Positions 10,701 to 23,400 are shown, numbered from the stretch's first letter. The stretch: 64,000 bases of DNA from Amphiscolops sp. MND2022 (GCA_964187785.1 OZ076409.1:9674001-9738000), one strand, 5' to 3'. Program-made: numbers and translations. The notes: generated by a model from the letters alone, not told the origin.

Positions 10701-13700
10701 GCCACTGTGGTTTTAGAGCGAAATATTTTTTTCGGAACTGTGTTGTTCCCGAAAGAATAAGATTCTCCCTTTTTAAGCAGTTGGAGCTCTCTGAGGGAAC
10801 ATCAAGGGCTTTGAGAATTCTCAACAAAGGACGCGAATACTTAACGCCGAAGCCTGAGGAAGATTTGGATTCTGACTCAGCCGAAGAACACAGCAACATA
10901 CCTGAACAATCAAGCGAGAGTTCCAGCGACGATTCGTCGTCGGAAACATCTGAATCTTCAGGTGAAAGTTACATTGTTGATGAGGATGAAGGTAGCGAGG
11001 AACTGTCTTCAGAAGAAGAAACAGAAACTGCATCAACAGCTGAAAGAGCGCCAAGTACGCCCAATAAAGTTTCATCAAATCAGACAGTGGTATTGGGAGA
11101 AGGCATTTCTCAGATCAGTGAGAGTAGTTATCAGACCGCACTAGCTTCAACGTCGTCTACAAGACCAGATGATGTTGCAAACACTATGGACGGCTATGAT
11201 AACATTGAAGACGACATGCAACAATATGTCAACGCTAATTGTTCCGGAAAATGGAGATTCAACTCAAAGTATCTCAGGAAGATCCAGATTGTTGTCTCTG
11301 AAGGTAAATACAAAAAGAAGAAATGTTGTCCTTACTGTCCTTTCGAAGATATCAAAGATGCGACAATGGTCGCCAAATTACATCGCCATTTGCAATCATT
11401 CCATCAAAGAGAGCTCCGCGTCAGTAACCTTAGGCGAATAAATCTAGAAATAGAAGAATTAGAAGGAAGTAAGGAAATCGCGACAACTGAACGCGATTTG
11501 AGGAAACTTCATAAAGAGAAAGAGCAAACATACCGCTTGATCACATATGAAGGCCAGTACAAATATAACATCGCGGTTTTCAAAAAATGCATAGATACGA
11601 ACAGATTCACTGACAAACTGATCGTAGTCAGGGACCCAACGGAAACGGAGAATCCAACAGCTGATAACTATGCTCCTTGTCCTGATTGTCTTGGCTTCTT
11701 CATGAGAAAAACCATGTACCGGCACAAACTAGACTGCCCGGCAGTTACCAAGTCTAGCCATAAGGAAGGAAAAAACAAAAACATCAAAGCTGCCATCTTT
11801 GCGTTGATGCTTGAAATCAAAGCAAATCATAACACACCATTCCAGGAATTCCTTTATAACAATTTAAGAAACGATCCAGTTGCAGAACTAATACGAAATG
11901 ACCCCCTTATAAAGTATGTTGGGGAATATTATTTCAACAAGCGAAAATCAGACGAAGGCTACAATCAGATCAGGGACAGAATGCGAGTAATGGCCAAACT
12001 TGTTCTCCAACTGGAATGCTCATATTTGATTGAACTAATCAGACCAGACATGTGGTCAAAAGTGAAAGAAGCGGTGTCAAAAAATTTTGCAAAATCCTAC
12101 CAAGTGAAAATGGGATCGATTCTGAAAACAGCTGCTGCATTTCTGCAAAATCAAGCTTTCGTGTGGGAGAAGAAGGAGATATCTCAACAAGCTAAACAGT
12201 TTCAGAAAATTATTGACACTGAATGGGCTCAAATATCCGCACCTGCTAAATACGAGTAAGTTGGAACCATTCAAAAACTATTGAGGCAAATATTTACAAA
12301 AAGTATCGAATTTTGGCAAAAATTTGAAAAAAAATTGTAGTTTCGGAGTGTGAGAAACGTAGTGGAACTTTGTCTAAAATAGTTACTTAGCCAATTTCAG
12401 TCGTTTTGCTCTAGTCCTTATAGCGGGCCCACCTTTTATGTCTCACTTAGTGTGCGTCCCACCAAGGCCAAGTAAAAGAGCGGGTTTATGTCCCACTAAG
12501 TCTGGTTTGCTCAACAATTCAAGTAAAAGAAGCCACAATGTAAAAAGTTGCTCCACACGTTTTATTTAGGCCCCCTAAAACTAGCTGATAAACGTTTTCA
12601 GCCTTTTCTTTCCCAAATCTAATCACCTTGTGTTTTTCTAGGTTGGTCAAGAAGCAAAATGAGAGCATACATCTGGTTATTCCCACTACGGACATCATTA
12701 AATTCCGGCAAAGCATTGGAAAAAAAGTGCGAGAACTCCTCGAACTGACTAAGTATAACTATGCCGAACTCAAACTAACTGTGATAGCTGATCTTGTTAG
12801 TTTCAACAAGAAGCGTGATCGTGAAGTTTCTGGAATCAAAAGAAGAGATATGATACTACAACGGAGTCTTGCCAGTGAACGAGCAAAGACAGCGGATAAC
12901 GAGCTCGTGAAGCTTACAAAACTAGAGGAAAAGTTCGCAGAAGTCTACACACTCCTCCGACTTCCTGGTAAGGGAGGAAAAGTTGTCCCTGTGCTGGTGC
13001 CACCGGACACACTCAAACTTATTGATATCATGATAAATGATGACAACTTGAAAAATGAAACGTACTTCTTCCAAACAGAAGGTGGAAAACTGCATTACCG
13101 GAGCGCTGAGGCCCTGAACAAGTTCGCTAAAGACTTTGAGCTGGAGAACAAACCTTTGTTCAGGTCAACGAAGCTTCGAAAGTATATGGCGACAGCAGCA
13201 CAGTTTTAGAACTTACCACAGCACCAGAGGACTTGGGTTGCTGATTTTCTGGGTCATGACTTAAGGGTTCACGACAAGTATTACAGGATGCACACTGATG
13301 CCTTAAATCTAGCAAAAGTTACAAAATTGTTGTATATGGTCGACAGCGGTAAACTCGAGGAAGCCTATTCGAAAGACCTTGACACAATTCAACCAACACT
13401 GGAGGATGGCGAGTTGGACGACTCGGTTAGTTTTGTAGTTTTTGAAAATATCAGTCCGGATTAAATAAAAAAATAGGTTTTGATATTTGTACTATTGCAA
13501 TAAAGAAAATCCCCTACGGGTCCGGGAATAATCTATCGAAAAAAACAAAAACCCACTGAAACATTACATGCTGGAATTCAATTTCAGTTATAATTATCAT
13601 AAGTATAATCATAACATGCAATCCAACGCTAGTTTGTGAAGATGAAGATATTTGATTGGGAATTGGTTAAAAAGAAACGCAATGTGATCTAAAGTCGATT

Positions 13701-14717
13701 GCTTCAGAACTTGGTCGTCCAAAGTCAATGAACTCAATATTATTTGCTCCATCTGGCAAATCTGGAAAACATTGATTTTCAAGAGATCAGTAACTTCGTG
13801 TCCAGTTTTAACATAGCACGCGGAAAAGAAATTCAAACCTATTCAGGAACTGTCATCAACTGGAAAGAATAGATTTTTTCTTACCTATTTTTTTATAAAG
13901 CCAACCATTGATTCTTCTGATTACTTCAGATAACAGTACAATCAATTTCATTTAATTCGTAACCGGATAATTCGGATCTTCGTTTATTTTCGTATAAAGT
14001 TTCTACTGAAGCAATACAAACCTCTTCTTCACATTGCGTTTCTTTTGGATCATACTCCCAACGAAACAATACACATCTTAATTGTGCATAATACACATGC
14101 ATCTAGGCAATGCAGGCCTATTCTCTATCACGTCGCGTTTCTTTTCAAAACTCTCTTTTCAAAACATCAAAGAGTATTGTAACTTTTAAACTATAAAACT
14201 TTTGAATTTAAAATTATAAAATAGTAACTTAGCCAAAACAAAGTCGTTTAGTTAGAAACAGGTTGACTTCATTTGAGTAATTGGAATTTGTTTTTTCAAG
14301 GATAACGAAACCGAAGTCCAAGACGATACCAATCATGCGAGATCCGGTGACGGCGCAGAAAATTCACTGAGAAGGTCCAATGCCTCAACCTCGGGAAGCA
14401 AAAACAGTCTCTCACTTGGAACAGGCGATGGTGACACGGGTGACATTTCGGATGAATTTAATACAACAATCAAAAGGAATCGAAAGAAAACTACTGGTGG
14501 TAAGAAAAAGCCTAAGCCTGGTGGTACTACACGACGAACATGGCCGCTGGATCAAGAAAAAAGGCTGAGGAAACAATTCCGAGAAGAGATGAAGCAAGGA
14601 CGACTGCCTGGCCGAGCAGTTTGTTTGGAGGCAATGAAAAAATATCCCCATGCTTCAAAGTGGCAGGATATCAAAGATAAAATACGGAACATGACCATCA
14701 GTGACGCAAGAAAATGA
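7790..14717 (+). pseudogene. SET domain - repeat - zinc motifs - tyrosine recombinase - Myb-like fusion gene; exons 7790-8183, 8622-10402, 10781-12255, 12642-13425, 14301-14717; single in-frame TAG at 13207-13209
   Basis: All four GT-AG introns are phase-consistent. SET motifs GRGLFA, MARFIND and spliced IQSG|EELRYDYG. YR motifs FNKKRDREV, GKGGKVVPVL, STKLRK, FLGHDLRVHDKYYR. C-terminal RRTWP...LPGRAVC...WQDIKDKIRN. Confidence 0.88.
9059..10268 (+). repeat. Coding tandem repeat, 114 bp / 38 aa, 11 units
   Basis: GDTEPRISTKSSQNQSSKVEKNKTTDTEEKAPNPLRKD repeated; unit 3 has an in-frame 21-bp deletion. Confidence 0.95.
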
Positions 14718-15218
14718 TCAGTTATCAGTGACAGGATAACAATAATTGAAGGATAAAGTCATATGAACTTTCACTCGAGTATGAAACTTACCTTTTCAAA
14801 CAAATCCAGGTTTTACGATACTTGACTTGAGTTGTAACAACGTTGTTTGGGCTGAATAAAAGATTTGCAATGACTTGGATTTTTAATTTACCAGTCAACT
14901 TGTTACTAGCTAACTGTGTACTGTCAAGAGTAAAGTATATGAAAATTATTCAGAAGGTGTACAAAAAATATGGGGTTACCGAGAAAATTTTATCTGTCAC
15001 TTTGACTAAAACCAATGATTATCAGTACCTTGAGTCCATTTGAAAATTGCCCAAAGACTGGTCACCAGGGATTGAAAAATATTAAATGCGTGAACAATTA
15101 ATAATTAAAGTCAATATAATGACTGCAATAAATTTCCAGCCAATTTCGTTGTGTCTTTGCTCTCTCCAATGACAGAGTTTCATTCGTAAAGAATAACATT
15201 CGGAAAACAGAATTATGT

Positions 15219-16165
15219 TTTGAGGTCCCACCAATGCATGTCAATAAGTATTCTTGATAGCTGAAAATCGCTGAAAAGATTTTGTGTTAAGGTCCCACCA
15301 ATGCATGTCAATAAGTATTCTTGATAGCTGAAAATCGCTGAAAAGATTTTGTGTTAAGGTCCCACCAATGCATGTCAATAAGTATTCTTGATAGCTGAAA
15401 ATCGCTGAAAAGATTTTGTGTTAAGGTCCCACCAATGCATGTCAAAAAGTATTCTTGATAGCTGAAAATCGCCAAAAAGATTTTGTGTTTAAGTCCCACC
15501 AATGCATGTCAATAAGTTTTCTTGATAGCTGAAAATCGCTGAAAATATTTTGTGTTAAGGTCCCACCAATGCATGTCAATAAGTATTCTTGATAGCTGAA
15601 AATCGCTGAAAAGATTTTGTGTTAAGGTCCCACCAATGCATGTCAATAAGTATTCTTGATAGCTGAAAATCGGTGAAAAGATTTTGTGTTAAGGTCCCAC
15701 CAATGCATGTCAAAAAGTATTCTTGATAGCTGAAAATCGCCAAAAAGATTTTGTGTTTAAGTCCCACCAATGCATGTCAATAAGTTTTCTTGATAGCTGA
15801 AAATCGCTGAAAAGATTTTGTGTTAAGGTCCCACCAATGCATGTCAATAAGTATTCTTGATAGCTGAAAATCGCTGAAAAGATTTTGTGTTAAGGTCCCA
15901 CCAATGCATGTCAATAAGTATTCTTGATAGCTGAAAATCGCTGAAAAGATTTTGTGTTAAGGTCCCACCAATGCATGTCAATAAGTATTCTTGATAGCTG
16001 AAAATCGCTGAAAATATTTTGTGTTAAGGTCCCACCAATGCATGTCAATAAGTATTCTTGATAGCTGAAAATCGCCAAAAAGATTTTGTGTTAAGGTCCT
16101 ACCAATGCATGTCAATAAGTATTATTAATAGCCAAGTTAAAGATTTTGTGTATGTCCCACCAAGG
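15219..16165. repeat. Tandem array of 67-bp unit, ~14 copies, each containing GTCCCACCAA
   Basis: ttaaggtcccaccaatgcatgtcaataagtattcttgatagctgaaaatcgctgaaaagattttgtg recurs with period 67. Confidence 0.95.
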
Positions 16166-16231
16166 GAAAAGTGTGTACGTCCCACCTTATGCCCGTTTCG
16201 TGTACGGACCCACCAAGTGCTACTTCGTACA

Positions 16232-16350
16232 CATGTGTGTGTGTGTATTTATATATATATGTATAATTTTTTTATAGATAATTATTGTATGTATACATAT
16301 ATATATATATATATAATTATTTTATATATATATATATTATATTATTAATA
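16232..16350. repeat. (TG)n/(TA)n microsatellite tract
   Basis: Directly visible dinucleotide runs. Confidence 0.9.
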
Positions 16351-17549
16351 TGACAAATTGCATGACTATCGGAAAAATAACAGTCATGTTCTAAAAATAG
16401 ATAAGTACTAATCTAAAGATAGCATCACCTATTTATAGGTTACATGACGTACTGTCCTAATGGCCACATCAAAGGCGTTACACCGCCTCGTTCATCTGTT
16501 TCAACTAACGCCCTCAAGGGACAATTGTTTTTTTATGATTATGCTAGCAACACTACATGTAACATTCATGCAATAATTACATGTTTTGATCACACTCGTA
16601 TGTACCTTAGAGAGGAGAGTTTGGACTTTGGCCAAATACGGCCTTTGAGCCGAAGAGAGGGTATCAGATGTAGCACCTTTATTTGTAAGAACGTAATTGC
16701 ACGCAATACTATTCTTCAAATTAAGTCTCTTACCACAATCACGAAAGCACCGGTCAAATTAGACTCAGTGTCCCATTGCCTGAACAAGTATATCAATATT
16801 TGAGAATAAACGGCGCGTGGCCATAATGTCCACTAATATTAGCACTGTATTAGAGTGCTCAGCTGAATGCTGAGATGTGGTTGGTTGGAATTAATTTGGA
16901 CTGCTTGTCCACAGCGACAGGAGAGGAAACACTTTGAACTCGTTTCCTCTACCTGTACGCTTTGGTGTCCTATTCATAGCACATCTAATTACATTTACAT
17001 GTTTTAAAATGTAATTAACAAGCAATACTGCAACTCACTGTATGCAACTACATGTTATAACATAAACCAGTAATACAAAACAGTTGTATCGTAAAAGTTT
17101 TAATTATGTTCGCCTTGGACTTCTTGGACTTCTTGGCTCAACTGTTGGTATTTCCTCAATCTAGCGGAATTGTTCCTGGTAGGGCCCTGCAATAACCATA
17201 TGCGACCGTGTACCAGTTACCATCGCAGGCGGCCGCCTGCGACACTAAGCAACTAAGATCCGATCCTTCGAAGAAAACCCCACCATTCCTATCCGCCGAG
17301 CAAGCAGAGCTTCTCTTATACTGACCTCCAATATCTGCAGAGGGATCCGGAAAGTCGGTAACTTCAAACAATATAAAACCATGGAGGTACCCCCGGAAGC
17401 TTCAAAACAGGAATACTATTTCACGCTTATTTTGCGAGAACGATCAAGTTTTTGATTAAAAATGGTACGTTTTCCGGCCGGATAGCTTTTCACAAAAATC
17501 ACATACTAGAAGGAGTGTTAAGCGATGATTATGAGGAACAGTAGTTCTA

Positions 17550-17850
17550 TAGAAAACAGAACGTAATATCCTGGGTTTTCCTGGGATGGGTGGCGGAGCT
17601 ATGGGACCATTCTTGTTCATCAGTCCAGTCTGGAGATCCATCCATGCATGTGAAAAAAATTTGTCTCTGGAAATCTTGCTGGGAAAAGTTTTGTCTATTA
17701 TGGCAACTAAGCGTAATCTGCGTCATATATTGTTCATGCATGACGGAGCGACCGCTCATAAGACTGATAAAATCCTTTATCGGGCAGAAAGCAGTTTTAG
17801 GATGAGTAATCAACCGGAGAGCTTCAGTCGTTTGGCCGCCGAGACGTGAA
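17550..17850 (+). pseudogene. Degenerate Tc1/mariner-superfamily transposase fragment
   Basis: GPFLF...LFMHDGATAH followed in another frame by VINRRASVVWPPR, matching the QDGAPAH...WPPRSPD region. Confidence 0.6.
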
Positions 17851-18439
17851 ACATCCTGTACTGTGCAAAGCCTCATGGAAAAGGTGAAATAAGGGAAAAA
17901 AGAAGCGTCAGGTTCAGAACAATTTCAAGAGCCGTCGCAACAACAGAACAGGGTCTCAAACATTGACATTCCTTTGAGAAACGGTTGACCCAGGCAGAGC
18001 TACCAGCGAGCAAGTTTATGAAATGACCTATTCGAAATGCATCCAAACCAAAGTTCCAAAAAATCAACTTCCTCGAAATCCACATTAAAATCTCAAAAAT
18101 TTGTTTTTCTTCTCAAATTTTGCCTTGAAAAATCGAACAGCCGGTTTTGATAGGCTTACCAATGGACGGGTTCCAACGATTTTACAGACAATTTTATTTT
18201 AAAAACCAGTTAAATGTTTATGAAACGGCAAGGAAAGTGTTTTTGTTTGGTTATGGTATTACTGGGCCAGAAACCAATATGGCCGGAGTACCAATTTTTA
18301 GTCGGCGCCTTTTCCCTTAAGGTAAAAAGCCCGACTCTTACAGTGAGTAGTTTTTTTTGTTTTTTTTTTCAGTTGACAATTTGACTCTGAGTGGTCCACT
18401 TTTCTTACAATTTGTTCATCTTTCATATTTGTTCATCTT

Positions 18440-18802
18440 CCATCTTCGACCAAGCCGGAGAGCGTGGGTTCGATTCTCGGACTAAACCATAAATTTTTTA
18501 GTGCTTCCAAAAGTACATGTGAAACCAAAGGGTCCCCCCTTTGGGTTTTTTTCGGCACTATGCGACTTTTTTTCGAAAATTTTCGAATTTTATCAAAGGG
18601 CATTTTTTTGAAGTTTTCGGTTTGTAAAAAACGTTGAATGAGCCTAAATGACCTCTTTTTAGGTTTTTCGGCATTGTGCGACTTTTTTACCAAATACTTT
18701 TTTTGGAAAAAAAAACTTTTTTTCCAAATATTTCCAATAGTTGTTCCTTGAATATTTTGGAGCCTAAGATATGGCGCCGACTTGGGACGTTCCCGTCTTG
18801 TT
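18440..18802 (-). mobile_element. Helentron-like non-autonomous repeat, partial copy
   Basis: Reverse complement begins aacaagacgggaacgtcccaagtcggcgccatatc, shared with copies at 21290, 23146 and 30903. Confidence 0.6.
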
Positions 18803-20434
18803 CATCTTAGTTAAATTCGATCTTGGAATAAGTATAATTCTTAGTAGGATATCAGTAAGAATCTCGCCATGGGATTGATGGCCGTACAGATTCAGTAAGA
18901 CTTTGGCTAGATCTTGCCAGGTAAGATTTTGGCTAGATCTTGCCATGTCAGACAATATCTGGTCAACCCTGGTAGTCTTCAAATAAACTCTATGTCCGTA
19001 GACCGCTTCTCTGTATTGAAAGAGTAACCAAACTTGTCTTTAGAATTTCTGGATGAATTTGATTTTTCGCCTTGGAACGTGGTATTAAGCTAATACTTGC
19101 TAAATAATTGCATCTTCTGTGAATTATTTGTACTTGCAGTTTTATTGCAATCAATTAGGGTTTACCCACAAAATTGAATTTAGATTTTCAAAAAATTATT
19201 TTCCCCCAAATTCATATAAACGTTTAAATTGCATTGACATTCCATGAATTTTACTCTACAACTACTTTGAATGATGGAAAACAGAGTAAAGCACATTTGA
19301 AAACACAAATGTTCTCAAACTGGCATATGTTTAGTTCCATAAAAGACAAATGAAACAGGTGAAAATAATGAATAACTTTAGCATTTGGAAATCGTCATCT
19401 TTCATTTTTTTCCATTTTTAATGAGTTTGTTTGATCATTGCAGTTTCATATATATTAATTCATTAACGCAGTCTCATAATTCCGAAAACAGAAAAGGACT
19501 TTATAGCTACGCTAAGTGATGCTTACCAGCCGAAGGAAAAAGAATTTTCGGGGCTATGAGGCCAGAAATTTACTTCAGAGATTTGAATTTCCTGAGCTAT
19601 GTATGGTGTACAATTATGTGAATTCACAAGCTGAAACACAAATGAAGCAGTAAGTGCATTGGTGATTATAATTGATTTCAATTTTGTCCTCCAGCAATAA
19701 AACGCGCTTTTAAAGCCAAAACGAATGTTTTCATGAATGAACAACCAAGTCAAGTTCAGAGCGCTTGAAATCGTATCTTCGAGAGAGAAATCCAAAAGCA
19801 AAAAGCAGTCAACATTCAGATGGCATTATGCTAAAAAGTCAGTGAAAATTTCACTCAATTACGACTTTATTGATTACGTACCAAATAACATAAGAGCAAA
19901 TAACAACAAAATTAGTCCCATTTAACATAAAAATGAAAATAGTTTCATTTAACATTAAAAAACCGAATACCCGGTTAAGCAATCCAACTCACGAAATTTC
20001 ATCTGTAATTTTCTCCTTTCCAATAAAATAAACTTTTCCTTTCTTTTCTTTTCAGACTTTTTTCAGTGAATCTTTTGAGCTGTGAATGCTTTTGACCAAA
20101 GTTCCTACAATATTTGATTCTTACAATATTTGAAACTAATCTAGTTTTTATGTTATTTGCTCTTATGATATTTGGGAATCCATCACTTTATTCCCCCAGG
20201 TTTCTCAGATATTCACGCTTCACGCAGTGTATTGCTTAGATTTTAAAAAATACTCAATGTGAAATACTCAAATACTCGTTCCATGCTGTTTGGTTAAAAA
20301 TGCAAGTTTCGTCGATAATTGATTTTACTTGTTATTATTGTAGTTAAAAGTAATTTTTGGTCGATGCTTTTAAAAAGTTTACTTTGACTATTGCTTAACC
20401 CCCTCGCCTATTTTTATTATTACTCATTCGAAAG

Positions 20435-23400
20435 ATGAAAAAGATTTTGAAGCCGAAAAACACGTGTCTGAAAATTCCTTTCAAACGGTGCTTTGAACTT
20501 ATTTTATTGCTTTGTTGTTTATGGTGCATTACGGCTACACTTGAGTGGACTTTTCATTCCAAGTTTCTTATCTATGGTTAGTTTAAAAATGGAAAGAGAA
20601 TTTGAAATATATTGGAATTGAACGTTCAAATTGTTGAAGCTAGAACATAAACTGATTTTCAGCATATACGGAAAATACAAAGTTGAAATTCAACAAAATT
20701 TGAATATTTTTATCTGAATTAAACGTTCGGATCAATGGAGCTAATGCAAAGTAAACAACCCGGAAAAAAAGTTTTTCAATTATGCAAAGTGATGCGCCTA
20801 CGACTGGAAAACCACTTTTCCACAACTCGAAACATCAAAAAACTTTTCTTCGGAAAAAAGTCCCATAATACCGAAAAAGAAGCTTTAAGCTCGCCAAACG
20901 CTTTTTGCTCGCCGAAAAAATTTATTAAAGTGAACGGTACACTTTAATCAATTGAAAAAAAAAGTTGCAGAGTGCCAAAAAACGCCGTAGGTTTTTTCCA
21001 CAATCATTGATAAAAATAATCAGTTCCACCGCATCAAAAAATATTCGAAGAGATCATATCATCCTCATGACTAGGAAAACTTCAAAATACGATTTTTTTT
21101 GAAATTATTTAATTTTCTTTTAAAATCGTTGGTTAGTCGCATAGTACCAAAAAAACTAAAACGGCCGTTCATGCTCGCAGAACGCTTTGTTTATGCTAAA
21201 AATTGAAGGAAGGGTTTCGATTTAGGAAAGTTGCATAAATACAAAAAAACCAATGGGTCTGGTCTCCCTTCTACTTTTGCAAGTATCAAGAAGACGGGAA
21301 CGTCTAAAGTCGGCGCCATATCTAAGGCTCAAAAAGCTCAAACTTTTTGAAATTGTAAAAGGGGGGACCCTTTGGGTTTTGAGAAAAAAAATCGAAAAAT
21401 AAGAATTTCGAGCCAGTCTCATAGTGCCGAAAAACTTGAAAGGGGAGACCCTTTGGGCTTTTTGAAACTTCAATTTGCTGTAAAATATCAAAAAACTTGA
21501 AGGGGGGACCCTTTGGAGACAAAAAAAATTCGAAAAAAAAGTCGCACAGTGCCGAAAAAACTCAAACCCTATAGTCTCGTCCTGTTTTGTCTTACGATAA
21601 AAATGGAGTAACTGAAAGGGGGACCCTTTGCACTATCCTAAATGCGCTCCCCGTTTGCCTTTGCCGTTCCAGTAGTTTAGTACTGTATTTAGTAGTTGGT
21701 AGTTGAACGTTAATTTTAACGTTCGTCGCTTCGAGTCTGTCTTAAAGAAAAAAACGAGTGATTGTAATAGTCGGGCTCTTTTATTTATAAAAGCGCCGAC
21801 TAAAAACTTCGGTTTAGTGCGGGATTCGAACTCCTGCTTCTCCTGCTTCTCAGACTTCGTCTCACCTTCTCAAAAATTAACCTCTAGGTCAAGCGCCAGT
21901 TAGAAGCATCTATGGTTGGACCACCGGTGGGCTAGTTACGGGAAGATTCAAAGTTTTATAGTGAAACGAATGAGACGCACGTACAATTGTAACGTACACT
22001 TGAAGGGGCATGATGATTTTAGACGTTATTCTACCAGAATACGGTGATTTTAGACAATATTCTGGTAAAATACAGTGAATTTAGACGTTATTCCGATAAA
22101 ATAAAGTCTCTGGGTCTTTTTTTAAATAAGAAGTCAACAGAAACGAATTAGAATGTTCCAAAATTCAACTGAAATTTTCGGATTAGAATTTTTCATTTCC
22201 TAAAAATTTGTTGATTTTTCCTCCCAAAAAACACCTTATTTTTCAACTCATGCGAAAAACTTCAACAGAAATGATCGCAAAAACTTTTAATAATCCTTCT
22301 CGTTAGTTTGTCATATTTTCTGAAAATATTTGACGATGAAAAGGTTGAAAAAAATTCAAACTTCAACCAATCAAAACAGCCTAATTTTAATATTCCGTTC
22401 TAAAGTAGTTCCCTAAAAAAGCCGTCAAGAACTTTGTTACGGAATTGTTTTCGTTTCTCCTAACCCGATAGGTGATATAAATTGCCTATTCCGACAGTTT
22501 TCATGCAAAAAAAATTTTACACCGAAAAAAAATTCAGTAATACGAATTTGTTTGCCACACTGGCACACGTAAAAATTTTGTTTACATCATATGTTAGCGT
22601 CAGCACTCATAAAATTTGAGGTTTTCCCCGCAGAAACATGGAAAATTTCGCGGGGAATTTTCCTTGAACTTCCTTGATGTTGCTCTGAAAACCCGCCAAA
22701 TTGTATAGAAATCCTAATAAAAACCTGAAGAAATAGCATTGCATCAGGAAAATACTTTAGCATTAATGATTTTCCATGAAACTCCCAAAATCATACTAAA
22801 AGTGTTTGGCAACCTATAAAATCATGCAAAAGTTTCATGCAGTTTCAACTAGGGCACCAGCTTGAGCTAAGCGATAGCTAAGGTTGCCAAGACAAGGGAC
22901 CTTTGTCCTACAGAGACCTAGACATTAGTTTTTACATAGAAAGTGGTCTCCTAGAACCTAGGAACGTTTCGTATGTGAGGATGCTCTTTATTCCAGAGCT
23001 CCGAAGCGCCATACCAGCACACTCCAAGTCCGCACACGTCCTCAAGCAGATAAAATTGATTCATAACGTTCCTGAGTGTTCATCCTTACTTCCGAGGTCT
23101 CAAAATGGTAATTAATCCAAAGACACTGATTTGGACATGTTAATGAACAAGACGGGAACGTCTAAAGTCGGCGCTATATCTATGGCGGAAAAAGCGCATA
23201 TTTTTAAATATGCGTAGGACATTTTCATGAAAAATTCCTGTCTTCGAACCCCGGCCTCGTCCTTACTAAAACGCAATATAGTTCCGATATAAAGTTAAAA
23301 GATATTACCAGGGGACCCCATTAAAATCGAAGGGAGATCCTTTGAAGACAAAGAAAATTTGGAAAAAAGTCTCACAGCTCCGAAACAAAGTTGAAAGAGG

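Larger units (their letters stand above)
3790..16350 (+). mobile_element. Putative large Crypton-like (tyrosine recombinase) DNA transposon carrying JmjC and SET-YR genes; left boundary uncertain
   Basis: YR gene; shared GTCCCACCAA motif across all non-coding parts; terminal 67-bp array ending at a microsatellite. Confidence 0.6.

Noticed and set aside
12628..13425. Prophage or bacterial integrase contamination
   Set aside because: The YR is interrupted by spliceosomal introns and fused to eukaryotic chromatin domains
15219..16165. 67-bp periodic array as a CRISPR array, and its short ORFs as genes
   Set aside because: The whole unit is repeated with no variable spacers; the ORFs are by-products of the repeat
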